Source: Clostridia bacterium
GTDB lineage: Bacteria > Bacillota > Clostridia > Oscillospirales > CAG-272
Assembly: GCA_017472285.1 (NCBI GenBank)
Contig: JAFUQQ010000012.1
Location: 2,051 to 66,050 of the forward strand
Reading direction: 5' to 3'
Length of the DNA: 64,000 bases
In this document: positions 35,880 through 45,341 of the stretch, piece by piece
How the letters are laid out: every line of letters begins with the position of its first letter
Position numbering within the stretch: position 1 is the first letter of the stretch
Notes under the pieces: generated by a model
Told to the model about the DNA's origin: nothing
Databases searched by the model: none
Seen by the model: only the letters and a program-made list of their open reading frames with translations
Translations under genes and position numbers: made by a program

Positions 35880-35900
35880 AGCGGGCACTGCCCGCTTTTT
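35880..35900 (+). terminator. rho-independent terminator
   Basis: AGCGGG-CACTG-CCCGCT followed by TTTT. Confidence 0.55.
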
Positions 35901-36004
35901 ATAAAAAATTTTGAAAAAATTGAAATTATTTTTATAACTCCCCATTAGGTGGGGAGTTAAGGATTTACAATTAAGACACAAAGCAAGGAAGGAGGTGTGA
36001 ACAC

Positions 36005-36298
36005 ATGAAAGTAACGACCGAACGCCGTCAGCTTATGATTGAATATATATGCCAAGTTCGTTATACAACAAGACCGATTTTAATGCGAGAGTTCAATATT
36101 TCAAAAAATACAGTTGATCGTGATTTGGAAATACTCATGTGTTCATACCCCATAGAAACATCGAAAGGAAAAGGTAGAGGTGTTCGTATTGCTGATGATT
36201 ATCGATTTGGCAAAAGATATTTAACCGAGAAACAGAAAGATTTGCTGGAACGTTTGTCGCATAATCTCGAAGGCGAGGATCTGATCACTATCAATTAG
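36005..36298 (+). CDS. small HTH-domain protein (DeoR/YafY-like N-terminal HTH)
   Basis: AAGGAGG RBS. RRQLMIEYICQVRYTTRPILMREFNISKNTVDRDLEIL. Confidence 0.55.
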   Translation: MKVTTERRQLMIEYICQVRYTTRPILMREFNISKNTVDRDLEILMCSYPIETSKGKGRGVRIADDYRFGKRYLTEKQKDLLERLSHNLEGEDLITIN

Positions 36299-36399
36299 AT
36301 ATTGCTGACATTCAAAAACCCTGTTCCCAATTAAATTTTTACATAAAAATGTTCATTGACAATTGAATATCATTCATCGAATACGTTGCCTATGTTGAT

Positions 36400-36745
36400 T
36401 TCGTGAGGAACGAGCAAGCCGATCTCATAACTGCGCCATGACCTTTCTATAAAGCGAGCGAGACACATTTATGAGTGAATCTAAGTTGCTCTTGGAGCGA
36501 GGCTATAACAGACGATAGGTGATAATGATACTTCCGTAGCAGAAATGCGCGGCTGGCGGAGTACCCGGCAGAGGTGAGATTCCTATGAGTTCGGTTCGCA
36601 ATCGAGCGTTCGATGATTTCCCATATAGATCATAGATCTACACATCGGGGATGTCGAGGACAAATACGATGTGTAAGGCACTTACGGTCAAATGGCGATT
36701 CACCTTTGACATAGAATTGTCTTCGTAAGTGCTGATACATAGTTT
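36400..36745 (+). other. hairpin-rich, GC-elevated non-coding leader upstream of the mazF-like gene (structured RNA or decayed gene)
   Basis: Stops in all + frames. Nested stems: CACATCG..CGATGTG, GGCACTTACG..CGTAAGTGCT enclosing GTCAAA..TTTGAC. One minus-strand frame reads ~120 codons with 3 stops, so a decayed gene cannot be excluded. Confidence 0.3.
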
Positions 36746-36769
36746 GAAAAAATAATAAGGAGTCTTGAA

Positions 36770-37207
36770 ATGAAAAGAAAATATAAACGCGGAGAAATCT
36801 ATTATGCAGATTTAAGTCCGGTGGTTGGTTCAGAACAGGGTGGTTATCGTACGGTTTTAGTTCTTCAGAATAATAAAGGGAACAAGTACAGTTCCACAGT
36901 AATCGTGGCTTCTATTACAAGCAGACTTGGCAAGCATAAACTTCCCACCCATGTAGATATGAGTTCTATCAGATTGAAAAAACATTCTATCGCGCTTTTG
37001 GAGCAACTCCGAACGATTGATAAGTCGAGAATGAAAGAATACATAGGGAAGGCAACAAAAGCAGAGATGACAGAAATCGAAACGGCGTTGCTGATCAGTG
37101 TTGGTATACAGCAGGAATTTTTAATGAATCCGAAGCTGGTAATGTTTATGCTTAGTGTGATAAGGAAATACTTTGATCGAGTGCTTGACATTTATCCTAT
37201 AATATGA
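36770..37207 (+). CDS. MazF/PemK-family endoribonuclease toxin (with ~30-codon 3' extension)
   Basis: AAGGAG RBS. KRGEIYYADLSPVVGSEQGGYRTVLVLQNNKGNKYSSTVIVASITS...LLEQLRTIDKSRM. The ORF tail runs through the next promoter. Confidence 0.8.
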   Translation: MKRKYKRGEIYYADLSPVVGSEQGGYRTVLVLQNNKGNKYSSTVIVASITSRLGKHKLPTHVDMSSIRLKKHSIALLEQLRTIDKSRMKEYIGKATKAEMTEIETALLISVGIQQEFLMNPKLVMFMLSVIRKYFDRVLDIYPII

Positions 37208-37213
37208 TATAAT
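37185..37213 (+). promoter_or_regulatory. consensus sigma-A promoter
   Basis: TTGACA (37185-37190), 17 nt, TATAAT (37208-37213). Confidence 0.65.
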
Positions 37214-37219
37214 ACAAGT

Positions 37220-37479
37220 GAAAGTAGTAATGCTTTCGGTGTGAGAGCACCGCAAAAAGTTGTGCTGGATATGGGACAGGATAAACGCCCATAGCTATTT
37301 GACACTTTCACTGGGTGTCGCGCCCGACAGCGGGGAGCAAAGGCTGTAGTCCATGCAGGGGACTTAATGATTCCTGCACCTCACAACATCTTTCATGGAT
37401 GTTACGGCTGACAACCAGCAGAAAACTCTCTGTCAAGCAAACAAAGAGGAGTGGTGTATATCCATTCCTCTTATTTTTT
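37220..37479 (+). ncRNA. candidate ~260-nt structured RNA (sRNA or cis-regulatory leader), family unknown
   Basis: Bounded by the consensus promoter and a strong terminator (AAGAGGAGTGG / CCATTCCTCTT, loop TGTATAT, then TTTTTT; 37444-37479). GC-elevated with several stems (TGCAGG..CCTGCA, GGTGTCG..CGACAG). No convincing ORF. Confidence 0.45.
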
Positions 37480-37505
37480 GAAGTTATGTCGAAAGAAGAA
37501 GAAAA

Positions 37506-38165
37506 ATGCAAACAAAGAAAGATAAACGTGAATATATCCGTAGTCAAATTATTGCGGCATCACATATTTATCGAGATCATCTTGCCGGTAAAGTGTTCCT
37601 GTATGTGCATGGAGAATCCTATTTTGAAGTGGTTTTCAAAACGGATCGCTTTATGCATTTGACAGGTGTAAGCTCTCCATTGAATGCAAGTTCATTTTAC
37701 GAAAAAGCAAAAGCTTCTAAGCTTACAACCGGACAGATTGTGTTTGACAGTAAGCATCCGTATGAAGGAGCAAAGAAAAAATTACCGTGTCTTTTGAAAT
37801 TGCCATCACTGACAGAAGAACTTGTTTGTGTGGTAAAGGATATGCAAACGCTTACACTTACATATAAGATCGGTGTTACGAATCTTGATTTTACGATTGG
37901 ACTGACTGAAAATATAGATTTTGAGGGCAATAAGATCAATGATTGGTTTTTGCCGAGAACATTGCGTGTGAGAGACAAAGCGATTGAAAATAGTCCGTCT
38001 GCGGAATTTGTTGATTTTATTTTCTGTAAAGATGCTTCGCATGAAAAATATTCGACACTAACTTTTTCGGATGAATTAAAAGATATTCCTTCTGTGATTG
38101 AGAAGTTTCTTTCATCAGAATTGCTTGAATCGTTGAAAAAAGATAAAAGTGAAATTACAACTTAA
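37506..38165 (+). CDS. 219-aa protein, tentatively PBECR4-like (Barnase/EndoU/colicin-RelE-like nuclease domain family)
   Basis: YRDHLAGKVFLYVHGESYFEVVFKTDRFMHLTGV...LTLTYKIGVTNLDFTIGL resembles my recollection of PBECR4 proteins. Unverified. Confidence 0.55.
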   Translation: MQTKKDKREYIRSQIIAASHIYRDHLAGKVFLYVHGESYFEVVFKTDRFMHLTGVSSPLNASSFYEKAKASKLTTGQIVFDSKHPYEGAKKKLPCLLKLPSLTEELVCVVKDMQTLTLTYKIGVTNLDFTIGLTENIDFEGNKINDWFLPRTLRVRDKAIENSPSAEFVDFIFCKDASHEKYSTLTFSDELKDIPSVIEKFLSSELLESLKKDKSEITT

Positions 38166-38171
38166 ATAGTG

Positions 38172-38206
38172 AAAAGCACAGAGTTTTTGATACCCTGTGC
38201 TTTTTT
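38172..38206 (+). terminator. rho-independent terminator
   Basis: AAAAGCACAG / CTGTGCTTTT stem followed by a T-run. Confidence 0.65.
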
Positions 38207-38314
38207 ATTTTATGATAGAATACATTGGCTTATTGCAGGATGAAAACGATTAAGATATGGGGGACGCTTCGGCGTTCCTTTTTCTATATAAGATATATGA
38301 TGGAGGTAAATCGA

Positions 38315-38467
38315 ATGGATGAAGATATTCGCCGCCAGAGCATTTATTTAGCATCGGTTGATTTGTTGCGACGGTTACTGCGAGATGAAAAATTTGAAAA
38401 ATCGATCCTTGATCGCTTGAATCGAAAAAATGCTGAAACAATGGGTTGTAAGGTTATAGATCTCTAA
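38315..38467 (+). CDS. small conserved protein upstream of serine recombinases (function unknown)
   Basis: GGAGGT RBS then ATG 38315. MDEDIRRQSIYLASVDLLRRLLRDEKFEKSILDRLNRKNAETMGCKVIDL. Confidence 0.4.
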   Translation: MDEDIRRQSIYLASVDLLRRLLRDEKFEKSILDRLNRKNAETMGCKVIDL

Positions 38468-38522
38468 AAATTTGCATCCTTGCAAAAAAATGAGGAATCC
38501 GTAAAATATAAGTACACGGGAG

Positions 38523-39096
38523 GTGAGAAAGGTGAAAGCAAAAAACAAAACAGTACAAATTATTAAACCGACCATCGGAACGGAAGCGGAACGCATGATA
38601 AGGGTTGCTGCCTATTGCCGATTCAGTACGGACTCGGAGGATCAAGCCAACGCCTTTCTCGCCCAAGTACGCTACTATTCCGATTTCATTCAATCACAGG
38701 AAAACATGCTTCTTGTGGATATTTACGCCGATGAGGGTATCACGGGAACTTGTATGAACAAGCGAAAGGATTTCAAACGGCTGATTTACGATTGTAGTAT
38801 TGGACGTATTGATCGAATCTATGTTAAAAGCGTATCGAGATTTTCAAGAAATTCTTTAGAGTGCATTGAAACAATTCGAAAGTTAAAAGAATGCTGATGC
38901 GATTATGGAGTGTGCTTCCGAAAAATATGCGTGTTGCGAAATATTATGTCATGCCGAGCTTACCGAAGAGATACTTGCAGAGTATATAAAAACAACGGTT
39001 CTTGATGAGAAACTCATCGAAAGAACCATTGATAAAATCTATGTGGATGCTGATGGTAGGATTACTTTGAAACTTATCAGCGGTGCTATAATATAA
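38523..39096 (+). pseudogene. large serine recombinase with internal deletion
   Basis: Resolvase N-terminal domain (RVAAYCRFSTDSEDQ...SVSRFSRNSLECIETIRKLKEC*) stops at 38897. A C-terminal tail (..LIERTIDKIYVDADGRITLKLISGAII*) follows in 38905-39096. The ~400-aa middle is missing. Confidence 0.65.
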
Positions 39097-39114
39097 AAAG
39101 GAAAGGGAAAAGTC

Positions 39115-40740
39115 ATGAATACAGATATGCCAAGAACAATCACAAAAATAGAAGCTAATCCGCTTTTAGCAAAAGGAAAAGATGATTTCCGAATCAAAAG
39201 GGTAGCGGCATATTGCCGAGTATCCACAGATGATGAAGATCAGCTTAATAGCTACGAAGCGCAGATTGCTTATTACACCGAGGTGATTGCCAAAAATCCG
39301 AATTGGCAATTTGCAGGAATCTATGCAGACGAGGGAATCACAGGAACAGCAACGAAAAAGAGAAAAGATTTTCTTCGTCTGATGCGCGATTGTGAACATG
39401 GCAAAGTGGACTATATTCTCACAAAGTCGATTTCCCGTTTTGCAAGAAATACCGTCGATAGTTTAACTTGGGTTCGCAAACTTCGTGTGAAAGGTATCGG
39501 TGTCTATTTTGAAGAACAGGCGATTGATTCTTTGAAAGCGGAAAACGAAATGCTGATCGGTTTATTTAGCGTAATTGCACAGTCAGAGAGCGAGAATATC
39601 GGTGCTAATGTCAAATGGGGTATCCGTCAGAGCATGAAAAGCGGAACCTATTGTACGAATTTTTCTTGTTACGGTTATCGACGCGGTGATGATGGGATTC
39701 CTATTATCGTTGAGGATGAAGCAACAGTAATCAGAGAAATTTATAAGCAATTTCTTGATGGAAAAAGCACACTTGCGATCAGTCGTTATTTGACAGAACA
39801 ACATATACTAACCTTTTCGGGCAAGACCGAATGGAATAAAAGTAGAGTCAGAGATCTTTTATCCAATGAAAAATATGTAGGAGACGTTCTTCTGCAAAAA
39901 ACATATGTTGTTGATCCCATATCAAAACAGACAAAGACAAATAACGGCGAGCTTGCGAAATATTTGATTGCCAATAATCATCCTGCCATTATTGATCGTG
40001 ATACATACAACGCTGTTCAAATGGAGCTTGCCGCAAGAAACAGTAAATCTAAAAGATCAGAAAGAGGGATTACTGAGAAAGGGAAGTACAGCTCCAAGTA
40101 TGCGCTTACCGATGTTTTAATCTGTGGGTGCTGCGGTAGTTATTATCGCAGAACAGGGAAAACGGTCAAGGGAAAAGTGCAGCACGTTTGGCGTTGTATC
40201 GGACGAATCGAACATCGTTGCAAAGATGCCGTAGGCATCGAAGAAACAAAATTACATACGGCAATCTGCAAATGTCTTTCGCAGATGATGAATCACCGAG
40301 AGGATGTTATCAATCTTTGCCGTGCCAATTTACAGTATGCCTTAATAGGTGATACACAGGTTCTTGATGTGTTTGCAATTGAAAATCAAATTGAGCATAA
40401 CCAAGACCTCATTGATGACCTTATGGAAAAAGCAGAGAAGACAACGGGGGATCCGGAGCGTTATGAAAGGGAAATTATAAAACTGTATGAACAAATCGCA
40501 GTTTTAAGAGATCAGCTAAAACTTGCTAAGACACAAGCAGAACAAAACGTGAGTGTCAATGCTGAAATCGAGCGATTTATCAAAGCAGTACAAGAGTACG
40601 ATGACGCTGATTTTACGGAGTACAACGATGTCATGATTCGCCGTCTTGTCGAATGTATTCGAGTGATTCCGGATAGGAGTATTGAGGTGGTGTTAAAGAA
40701 CGGTGAAAAAGAAAGCGTAGAAATGAAATTTTTAGATTGA
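39115..40740 (+). CDS. large serine recombinase (intact)
   Basis: RVAAYCRVSTDDEDQLNSYEAQ, SRFARNTVD, recombinase and zinc-ribbon region (CGCCGSYY...WRC), coiled-coil C-terminus. 541 aa. Confidence 0.9.
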   Translation: MNTDMPRTITKIEANPLLAKGKDDFRIKRVAAYCRVSTDDEDQLNSYEAQIAYYTEVIAKNPNWQFAGIYADEGITGTATKKRKDFLRLMRDCEHGKVDYILTKSISRFARNTVDSLTWVRKLRVKGIGVYFEEQAIDSLKAENEMLIGLFSVIAQSESENIGANVKWGIRQSMKSGTYCTNFSCYGYRRGDDGIPIIVEDEATVIREIYKQFLDGKSTLAISRYLTEQHILTFSGKTEWNKSRVRDLLSNEKYVGDVLLQKTYVVDPISKQTKTNNGELAKYLIANNHPAIIDRDTYNAVQMELAARNSKSKRSERGITEKGKYSSKYALTDVLICGCCGSYYRRTGKTVKGKVQHVWRCIGRIEHRCKDAVGIEETKLHTAICKCLSQMMNHREDVINLCRANLQYALIGDTQVLDVFAIENQIEHNQDLIDDLMEKAEKTTGDPERYEREIIKLYEQIAVLRDQLKLAKTQAEQNVSVNAEIERFIKAVQEYDDADFTEYNDVMIRRLVECIRVIPDRSIEVVLKNGEKESVEMKFLD

Positions 40741-40798
40741 AGTGATAAAAAATACGGAACTATTTTTATGTAGTAATTTAATTCAAATATAAAAATAA

Positions 40799-40839
40799 AA
40801 TACACCAAGAATAGATGGCATTATTACTTGGTGTATTTT
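40799..40839 (+). terminator. rho-independent terminator
   Basis: AATACACCAAG / CTTGGTGTATT stem followed by TTTT. Confidence 0.65.
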
Positions 40840-40889
40840 GTTAATTTTAAAATTTGGATTGCTATGAAAATATTTTCACAAAAAGCAAT

Positions 40890-42167
40890 TTATTTCCATT
40901 CAATGTTAATAGAATATTTTGCATAAAAAGAATACATTGCGGCTCCGAATGCGGGAGATAAGGTTCCAATTTGTGATGCATATACATTACAATCTCCTCG
41001 ATTAAATTTAAGATTATTTTCATCAGTGGTTTGCTCGATAAATTTGTGTAGTAAATCCATGCTTTTATACAACTTCCCAGTAAAAATAACTAAATCTACA
41101 TTTAAGATTGCTGAAAGTATATTAGTAATATACCCGAGAAGAGTACCCAAAAATCTCGCTTTTGAAGGATGGGAATTTAAAAATGTTCTCATTTCGTCAC
41201 TATTCATATTTTTAAAATCATCATCACAAAAATCAAACACGATCGAACGCATGATATGGTCAAAACAACCTGCTGAGCCACATAAGCATTTGCTATTTAT
41301 ATCAAATGAGATATCTTTAAATAAATTTTCAAATTGTATCAATAATGTTGCTGGGACTGCAATATGCCCAATTTCACCAGCGTATCCATTTGCGCCAAAA
41401 AATAATCTTCCATCTATTATAAATCCTGCACCTAGTCCATATTCGAGATATATTGCGGCAATATTTTTCTGGTTCTTGTAGTCACTATCAAATTTATACA
41501 ATCGTTCTTTTTCGGACAGTACAGCCGCGGTACTGTTTTGGATCAAGAATAACTTTATGTTATAATTTTGAAAAAAAACTTTTTTATCTAAATAGTAGAA
41601 ATCGGTAATTTTGCGTTTTTCCAAGTAAGGCAAATTATGTGATTGGTTAATGATTTGCTTTTGTTCGTCAATAATTCCAGTACTTGAAATACCTATACTT
41701 AATAAATTTAGTTTGTCATCAAGGATCATTGTTCTAATAACTTCAAAAATATAATTTAGTTGTTCTTTTAAATCACTAAAATTATTTGGTGTTTCAAAAC
41801 ATATATAATTGCTATCTTTTGTCGCTTTATCCTTTAGTACAATGTTGTAAGGTGATGGCTCCGCAAAATATTTTTTGAATGATTGAAATTCTTGATGTGT
41901 ATATTCTGAAAAATCAAAATGTAAAAAAACGACTTTGCATAAAGAGGTTCCCACGGAAATACCCATAAGAGTTCCTACATTGGGGTTTATATTGGAATCA
42001 CTATCAACGATATTCTTGTTTTTTAAATCATCTAATGATTTATATAATGTTGGTATTGACACATCAATTTTTTCAGCAATTTTGCTTTTTTCTAATCCAG
42101 GATATAATCTAAGTATCTGGATTAAGGTATTATGTTGATAAATTGCCTTTTCTTGTTCTTCAAACAT
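40890..42167 (-). CDS. ROK-family transcriptional regulator
   Basis: N-terminal wHTH (LEKSKIAEKIDVSIPTLYKSLDDL), ROK signature GANGYAGEIGHI and zinc motif CLCGSAGCFDH. Confidence 0.8.
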   Translation of the reverse strand: MFEEQEKAIYQHNTLIQILRLYPGLEKSKIAEKIDVSIPTLYKSLDDLKNKNIVDSDSNINPNVGTLMGISVGTSLCKVVFLHFDFSEYTHQEFQSFKKYFAEPSPYNIVLKDKATKDSNYICFETPNNFSDLKEQLNYIFEVIRTMILDDKLNLLSIGISSTGIIDEQKQIINQSHNLPYLEKRKITDFYYLDKKVFFQNYNIKLFLIQNSTAAVLSEKERLYKFDSDYKNQKNIAAIYLEYGLGAGFIIDGRLFFGANGYAGEIGHIAVPATLLIQFENLFKDISFDINSKCLCGSAGCFDHIMRSIVFDFCDDDFKNMNSDEMRTFLNSHPSKARFLGTLLGYITNILSAILNVDLVIFTGKLYKSMDLLHKFIEQTTDENNLKFNRGDCNVYASQIGTLSPAFGAAMYSFYAKYSINIEWK

Positions 42168-42284
42168 GGGAAGCCTCCTAAATGTTTTATAATAAATATA
42201 TTATATTATAAAATGTTATTTCTTGCAAGTTTTTGATAGAAATTATTATGATAATGCTATATGATTCAATGTGCTGAATATTGA

Positions 42285-42905
42285 GTGGGAAAGTAGTAAT
42301 CAAAGGCGTGACTAAATGTACATATGTTGTATTTAGTGTTCAGATGGGCGATTATAAAGATGATCTTAACATTGGGATAAAAGCGCATAGATTCCTGAAA
42401 TCCTAGTTTTTCGTGATGCATAAATTCAAAAATTAAGAGTGTTTATGTAGATGGATTGAATGGATTTAAGGAAGCAATCAATGTCGTTTTCTAAATCGCA
42501 GTTTCAATGTTGTGTTATCAGATATTTGCAAAAAACATATAAGCGACAAAGATATTAAGGCTGTTATGGCAGATCTAAAAAATTTATTTGGCAATCGACG
42601 AATAAGAAATGTTCTAAATATAATTTAAAGAAAATTGGGGCAAAAACGTATCCCAGCTACAGGAGAAGCTGGGATGAGAATAATGAATATTCTTTTTGCG
42701 TTTTTTGTATATCTTATCGAAGTTTGCAAAATACATACTATATTAGATTAATATTATCAAAGGTTTGAATCGAAGTTCCGAAAAATCAGAGAGAACAAGA
42801 CTTCTTATACAAACCATGATTCACTTAGAAAAATCTTGTATCTTGCATTACAAATATTGTCTAATTGATCTCTTTTACTTAAAACTTTTTTGCAGTGTCT
42901 TAGAA
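42285..42905 (+). pseudogene. IS256-family transposase remnant (many stops and frameshifts)
   Basis: Fragments YVVFSVQMGDYKDDLNIGI, VYVDGLNGFKEAINVVF, ENWGKNVS and NRSSEKIRENKTSYTNHDSLRKILYLALQI follow the order of IS256 transposase motifs (..DGLKGF.EAI..VFP.., ..F...W.kkYP.., ..N.iE..n+.l++.tk....FpnddsllKllyLa..). Confidence 0.6.
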
Positions 42906-42909
42906 TCTT

Positions 42910-43398
42910 TTATTGTAAATAGAGGATTTGACTTTTAACCGGAAGCTCAGGAATTGATTTTGGTTTATATGTTTCAACGATTGAAATAGTTAAAAGCATT
43001 ACATAGATGGGATCGTTCGATAAACAAGAAGCTTGAATGTCGCTTTTTAATTGTTCAAAACTATGAGTTGTACCAAGATTGTTAATGATAATCTCCAATT
43101 GTCTTTTTGTGATTAATTGGGGTGCTTTTGTATGACACATCGAAAAATAGGCGTTTTTTGTTCTTGTCAAACAATCATTAAGCATAAAATAGTATCTCGA
43201 TTCTGCCATAAAATTGCTGTTATCAATAACAAATTTTATCACATCACAAGCAATAGTCTCAGCTTTGATTTTTATGCCGATAAAAAAATTCTTAATTCCG
43301 TCCATATGTGTTTCCTCCAAATATTTTATTCTTCTTTGTGATGAATATTTGTTTAAAACAAATACTATAAGAGGTTCGACATATGCATCTTTCATCAC
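42910..43398 (-). CDS. hypothetical protein
   Basis: 162-aa ORF, no recognisable motif. Confidence 0.35.
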   Translation of the reverse strand: MMKDAYVEPLIVFVLNKYSSQRRIKYLEETHMDGIKNFFIGIKIKAETIACDVIKFVIDNSNFMAESRYYFMLNDCLTRTKNAYFSMCHTKAPQLITKRQLEIIINNLGTTHSFEQLKSDIQASCLSNDPIYVMLLTISIVETYKPKSIPELPVKSQILYLQ

Positions 43399-43849
43399 TA
43401 ATAGCAGATATCTTCCTCGTTATTATGAAACATATCGTTCACTTCCTTTTATTTGATATTATAATTATATATTAAATTTTATAAAAAATCAATTCATTTA
43501 TTTAACAAAAAATATATTTATAATTATATATTTTTAACAAACAGCGAGAAAAACAAGCTAAACAACACCTCAAAATGAACCAACGATGTTCAAGTTGAGG
43601 TGTTTTCTTTATGTGAAAAAGTCTTGCGGTGCAAGGCTTTTTCTGCTTTTGAGGCACTGATGATTTTATCTGTGGTGCGTGTCAATTTTACTAGAGTTAG
43701 ATGTCGATTTTGTTAAATGTAATCTATTCGAACCTGAGATGTACAATTTGATAATAGCTATTTTTATATGAGATTTCTATATTTAGTTGATTTACAAATA
43801 AATCGTATTATGATATAATTGATTTAATTATATTGAAAGGAGAAAAACT

Positions 43850-44626
43850 ATGATACTTACAGAATTTGATAGTAATCAAAGAGCAATTATCAATCCGGAT
43901 ACGTTTCACCCGATTTTAAAAGAAATGCCTAAAACTTGTGTTTCATTTTTTTCTAAATCCATCATGAAAGAAATTGTTGAGCATTATCCTGTCAAAAAAA
44001 TTGCGTGTATATCGAATGCAACGGCTGATTTTCCCATATATAAAATCAATATTAAAGGTGTGGATATCGCCATTTATCAATCTGCTGTTGGTGCGCCTGC
44101 CTGTGTTTGCAATTATGAGGAATTGATTGCGATGGGCGTGAAGAATTTTTTGCTTGTGGGTTGTTGCGGTTGTTTGGATGAGCGTTTAGAAGAATATTCG
44201 ATCATCATACCGACTGCTGCCATTAGAGATGAGGGTACGAGTTATCATTATGCGCCTGCGAGTGATGAAACGATTATCAATCAAAAGGTTGTCGATATTT
44301 TGGAAAATACACTTTCCTCACTTTCCTTGCATTACAGTAAAGGTAAAACTTGGACGACAGATGCTCTTTTCAGAGAAACAAAGGAAAAGATGGAAAGACG
44401 GAAAGCGCAAGGTGCAATCACCGTGGATATGGAATGTTCTGCAATGAACGTGGTATCCGATTTCAGAGGGGTTAATTTCGGTCAAATTTTCTATGCCGCC
44501 GATAATTTGGGTGGGGAAGAATATGATCCCAGAAATTTGATACAAGGCGTGGAAAGCTTTGATAGTAAGAAAAAAATTATACCGATTGCTTTTGAATGTG
44601 CATTAGCGATGGATAAAGAATTATAA
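43850..44626 (+). CDS. nucleoside phosphorylase (PNP/UDP family)
   Basis: AGGAGAAAAA RBS. GVDIAIYQSAVGAPACV...LLVGCCGCL...IRDEGTSYHY...TVDMECSA is the typical family pattern. Confidence 0.7.
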   Translation: MILTEFDSNQRAIINPDTFHPILKEMPKTCVSFFSKSIMKEIVEHYPVKKIACISNATADFPIYKINIKGVDIAIYQSAVGAPACVCNYEELIAMGVKNFLLVGCCGCLDERLEEYSIIIPTAAIRDEGTSYHYAPASDETIINQKVVDILENTLSSLSLHYSKGKTWTTDALFRETKEKMERRKAQGAITVDMECSAMNVVSDFRGVNFGQIFYAADNLGGEEYDPRNLIQGVESFDSKKKIIPIAFECALAMDKEL

Positions 44627-44690
44627 TTACATAGGCAAAAATCAAGCCGACTTTATAACACCGAAATGGTGAAATAAGGTCGGCTTTAAA
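44627..44690. repeat. cassette-array module copy 0 (TACATAGGC box + hairpin only)
   Basis: ATTACATAGGCAAAAATC then hairpin AAGCCGACTTTAT..ATAAGGTCGGCTT (44644-44686). Confidence 0.7.
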
Positions 44691-44727
44691 TCTTGATATG
44701 TATTTGAGTTATGAGAGGGTTGTGTTA

Positions 44728-45273
44728 TTAAATAATGGAAGATTTTGTTTTCCACATATAGGCTTGTTTTAATAATTTCTCAATTAACTCTTGTTTGCCT
44801 GCTGTGTAATATCCTCTATTATCAGCAAATTCTAATGCTAATTTTTTCTTTAATGCATCATATTCCTTTGCATATTCAGGAAAAGCATTCAGATAATCTC
44901 TAAAATTTATGTAATTATTCCAAGCAACACTGTTCCATTCAACAACATGAATATGATGAGTTCGAAATTCTCTTTCAAAATTTCCAATCACAAACAATAA
45001 TTGTTCTTTCACATCCTCTTTTCTGAACATAATGCCGTTTTCCGCTAATACGCCTATATATGGTTTGATATTATTCAAATTATCGACTGCAACAGCGATA
45101 TCAATAATGGGTTTAGCATGTATATTTTGAATAGCAGTACTACCAATATGCTGAATATCAATAGCGACATCGTTTAATATTTCCTTTAACAGATGGATTG
45201 TTCCTGCTGCTTTAGTTTCCCATATCATTTGGTGAGGAAGCAATTCCACAGTGCCCCTTTTCAGTCCAATCAT
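44728..45273 (-). CDS. GrpB-family protein
   Basis: IQHIGSTAI..AKPIIDIAVAV...THHIHVV...W.NYINFRDYL...EYAKEYDALKKKLA is the typical GrpB/UPF0157 pattern. Confidence 0.8.
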   Translation of the reverse strand: MIGLKRGTVELLPHQMIWETKAAGTIHLLKEILNDVAIDIQHIGSTAIQNIHAKPIIDIAVAVDNLNNIKPYIGVLAENGIMFRKEDVKEQLLFVIGNFEREFRTHHIHVVEWNSVAWNNYINFRDYLNAFPEYAKEYDALKKKLALEFADNRGYYTAGKQELIEKLLKQAYMWKTKSSII

Positions 45274-45341
45274 TGTAATACCTCCAATGCCTATAAGTTA
45301 AATGCTTACTAATTCCAATAAATTGAAATATAGCTAATTCA

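Larger units (their letters stand above)
720..40760 (+). mobile_element. Integrated conjugative/mobilisable element (decayed) with serine-recombinase end and AT-rich cargo island (~14.09-35.4 kb)
   Basis: Contiguous MobC/relaxase/T4CP/VirB4 module at 2.2-14.1 kb and tandem large serine recombinases at 38.5-40.7 kb, all on + strand. Composition changes sharply at ~14.08 kb and ~35.4 kb. Left boundary is not identified and could lie outside the window. Right boundary is inferred just after the recombinase stop. Confidence 0.5.

Noticed and set aside
37220-37479. T-box leader interpretation of the structured RNA
   Set aside because: The terminator 5' arm contains GAGTGGTG, but the conserved T-box sequence (..GGGTGGTACCGCG..) and a specifier-loop/GA-motif arrangement are not present. 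The downstream gene is also not an aminoacyl-tRNA or amino-acid gene.
37308-37662. Track ORFs 37315..37662 (+) and 37308..37547 (-) across the structured-RNA region
   Set aside because: Neither has an RBS. The translations are low-complexity, and the + ORF runs through a strong terminator and into the next gene in another frame.
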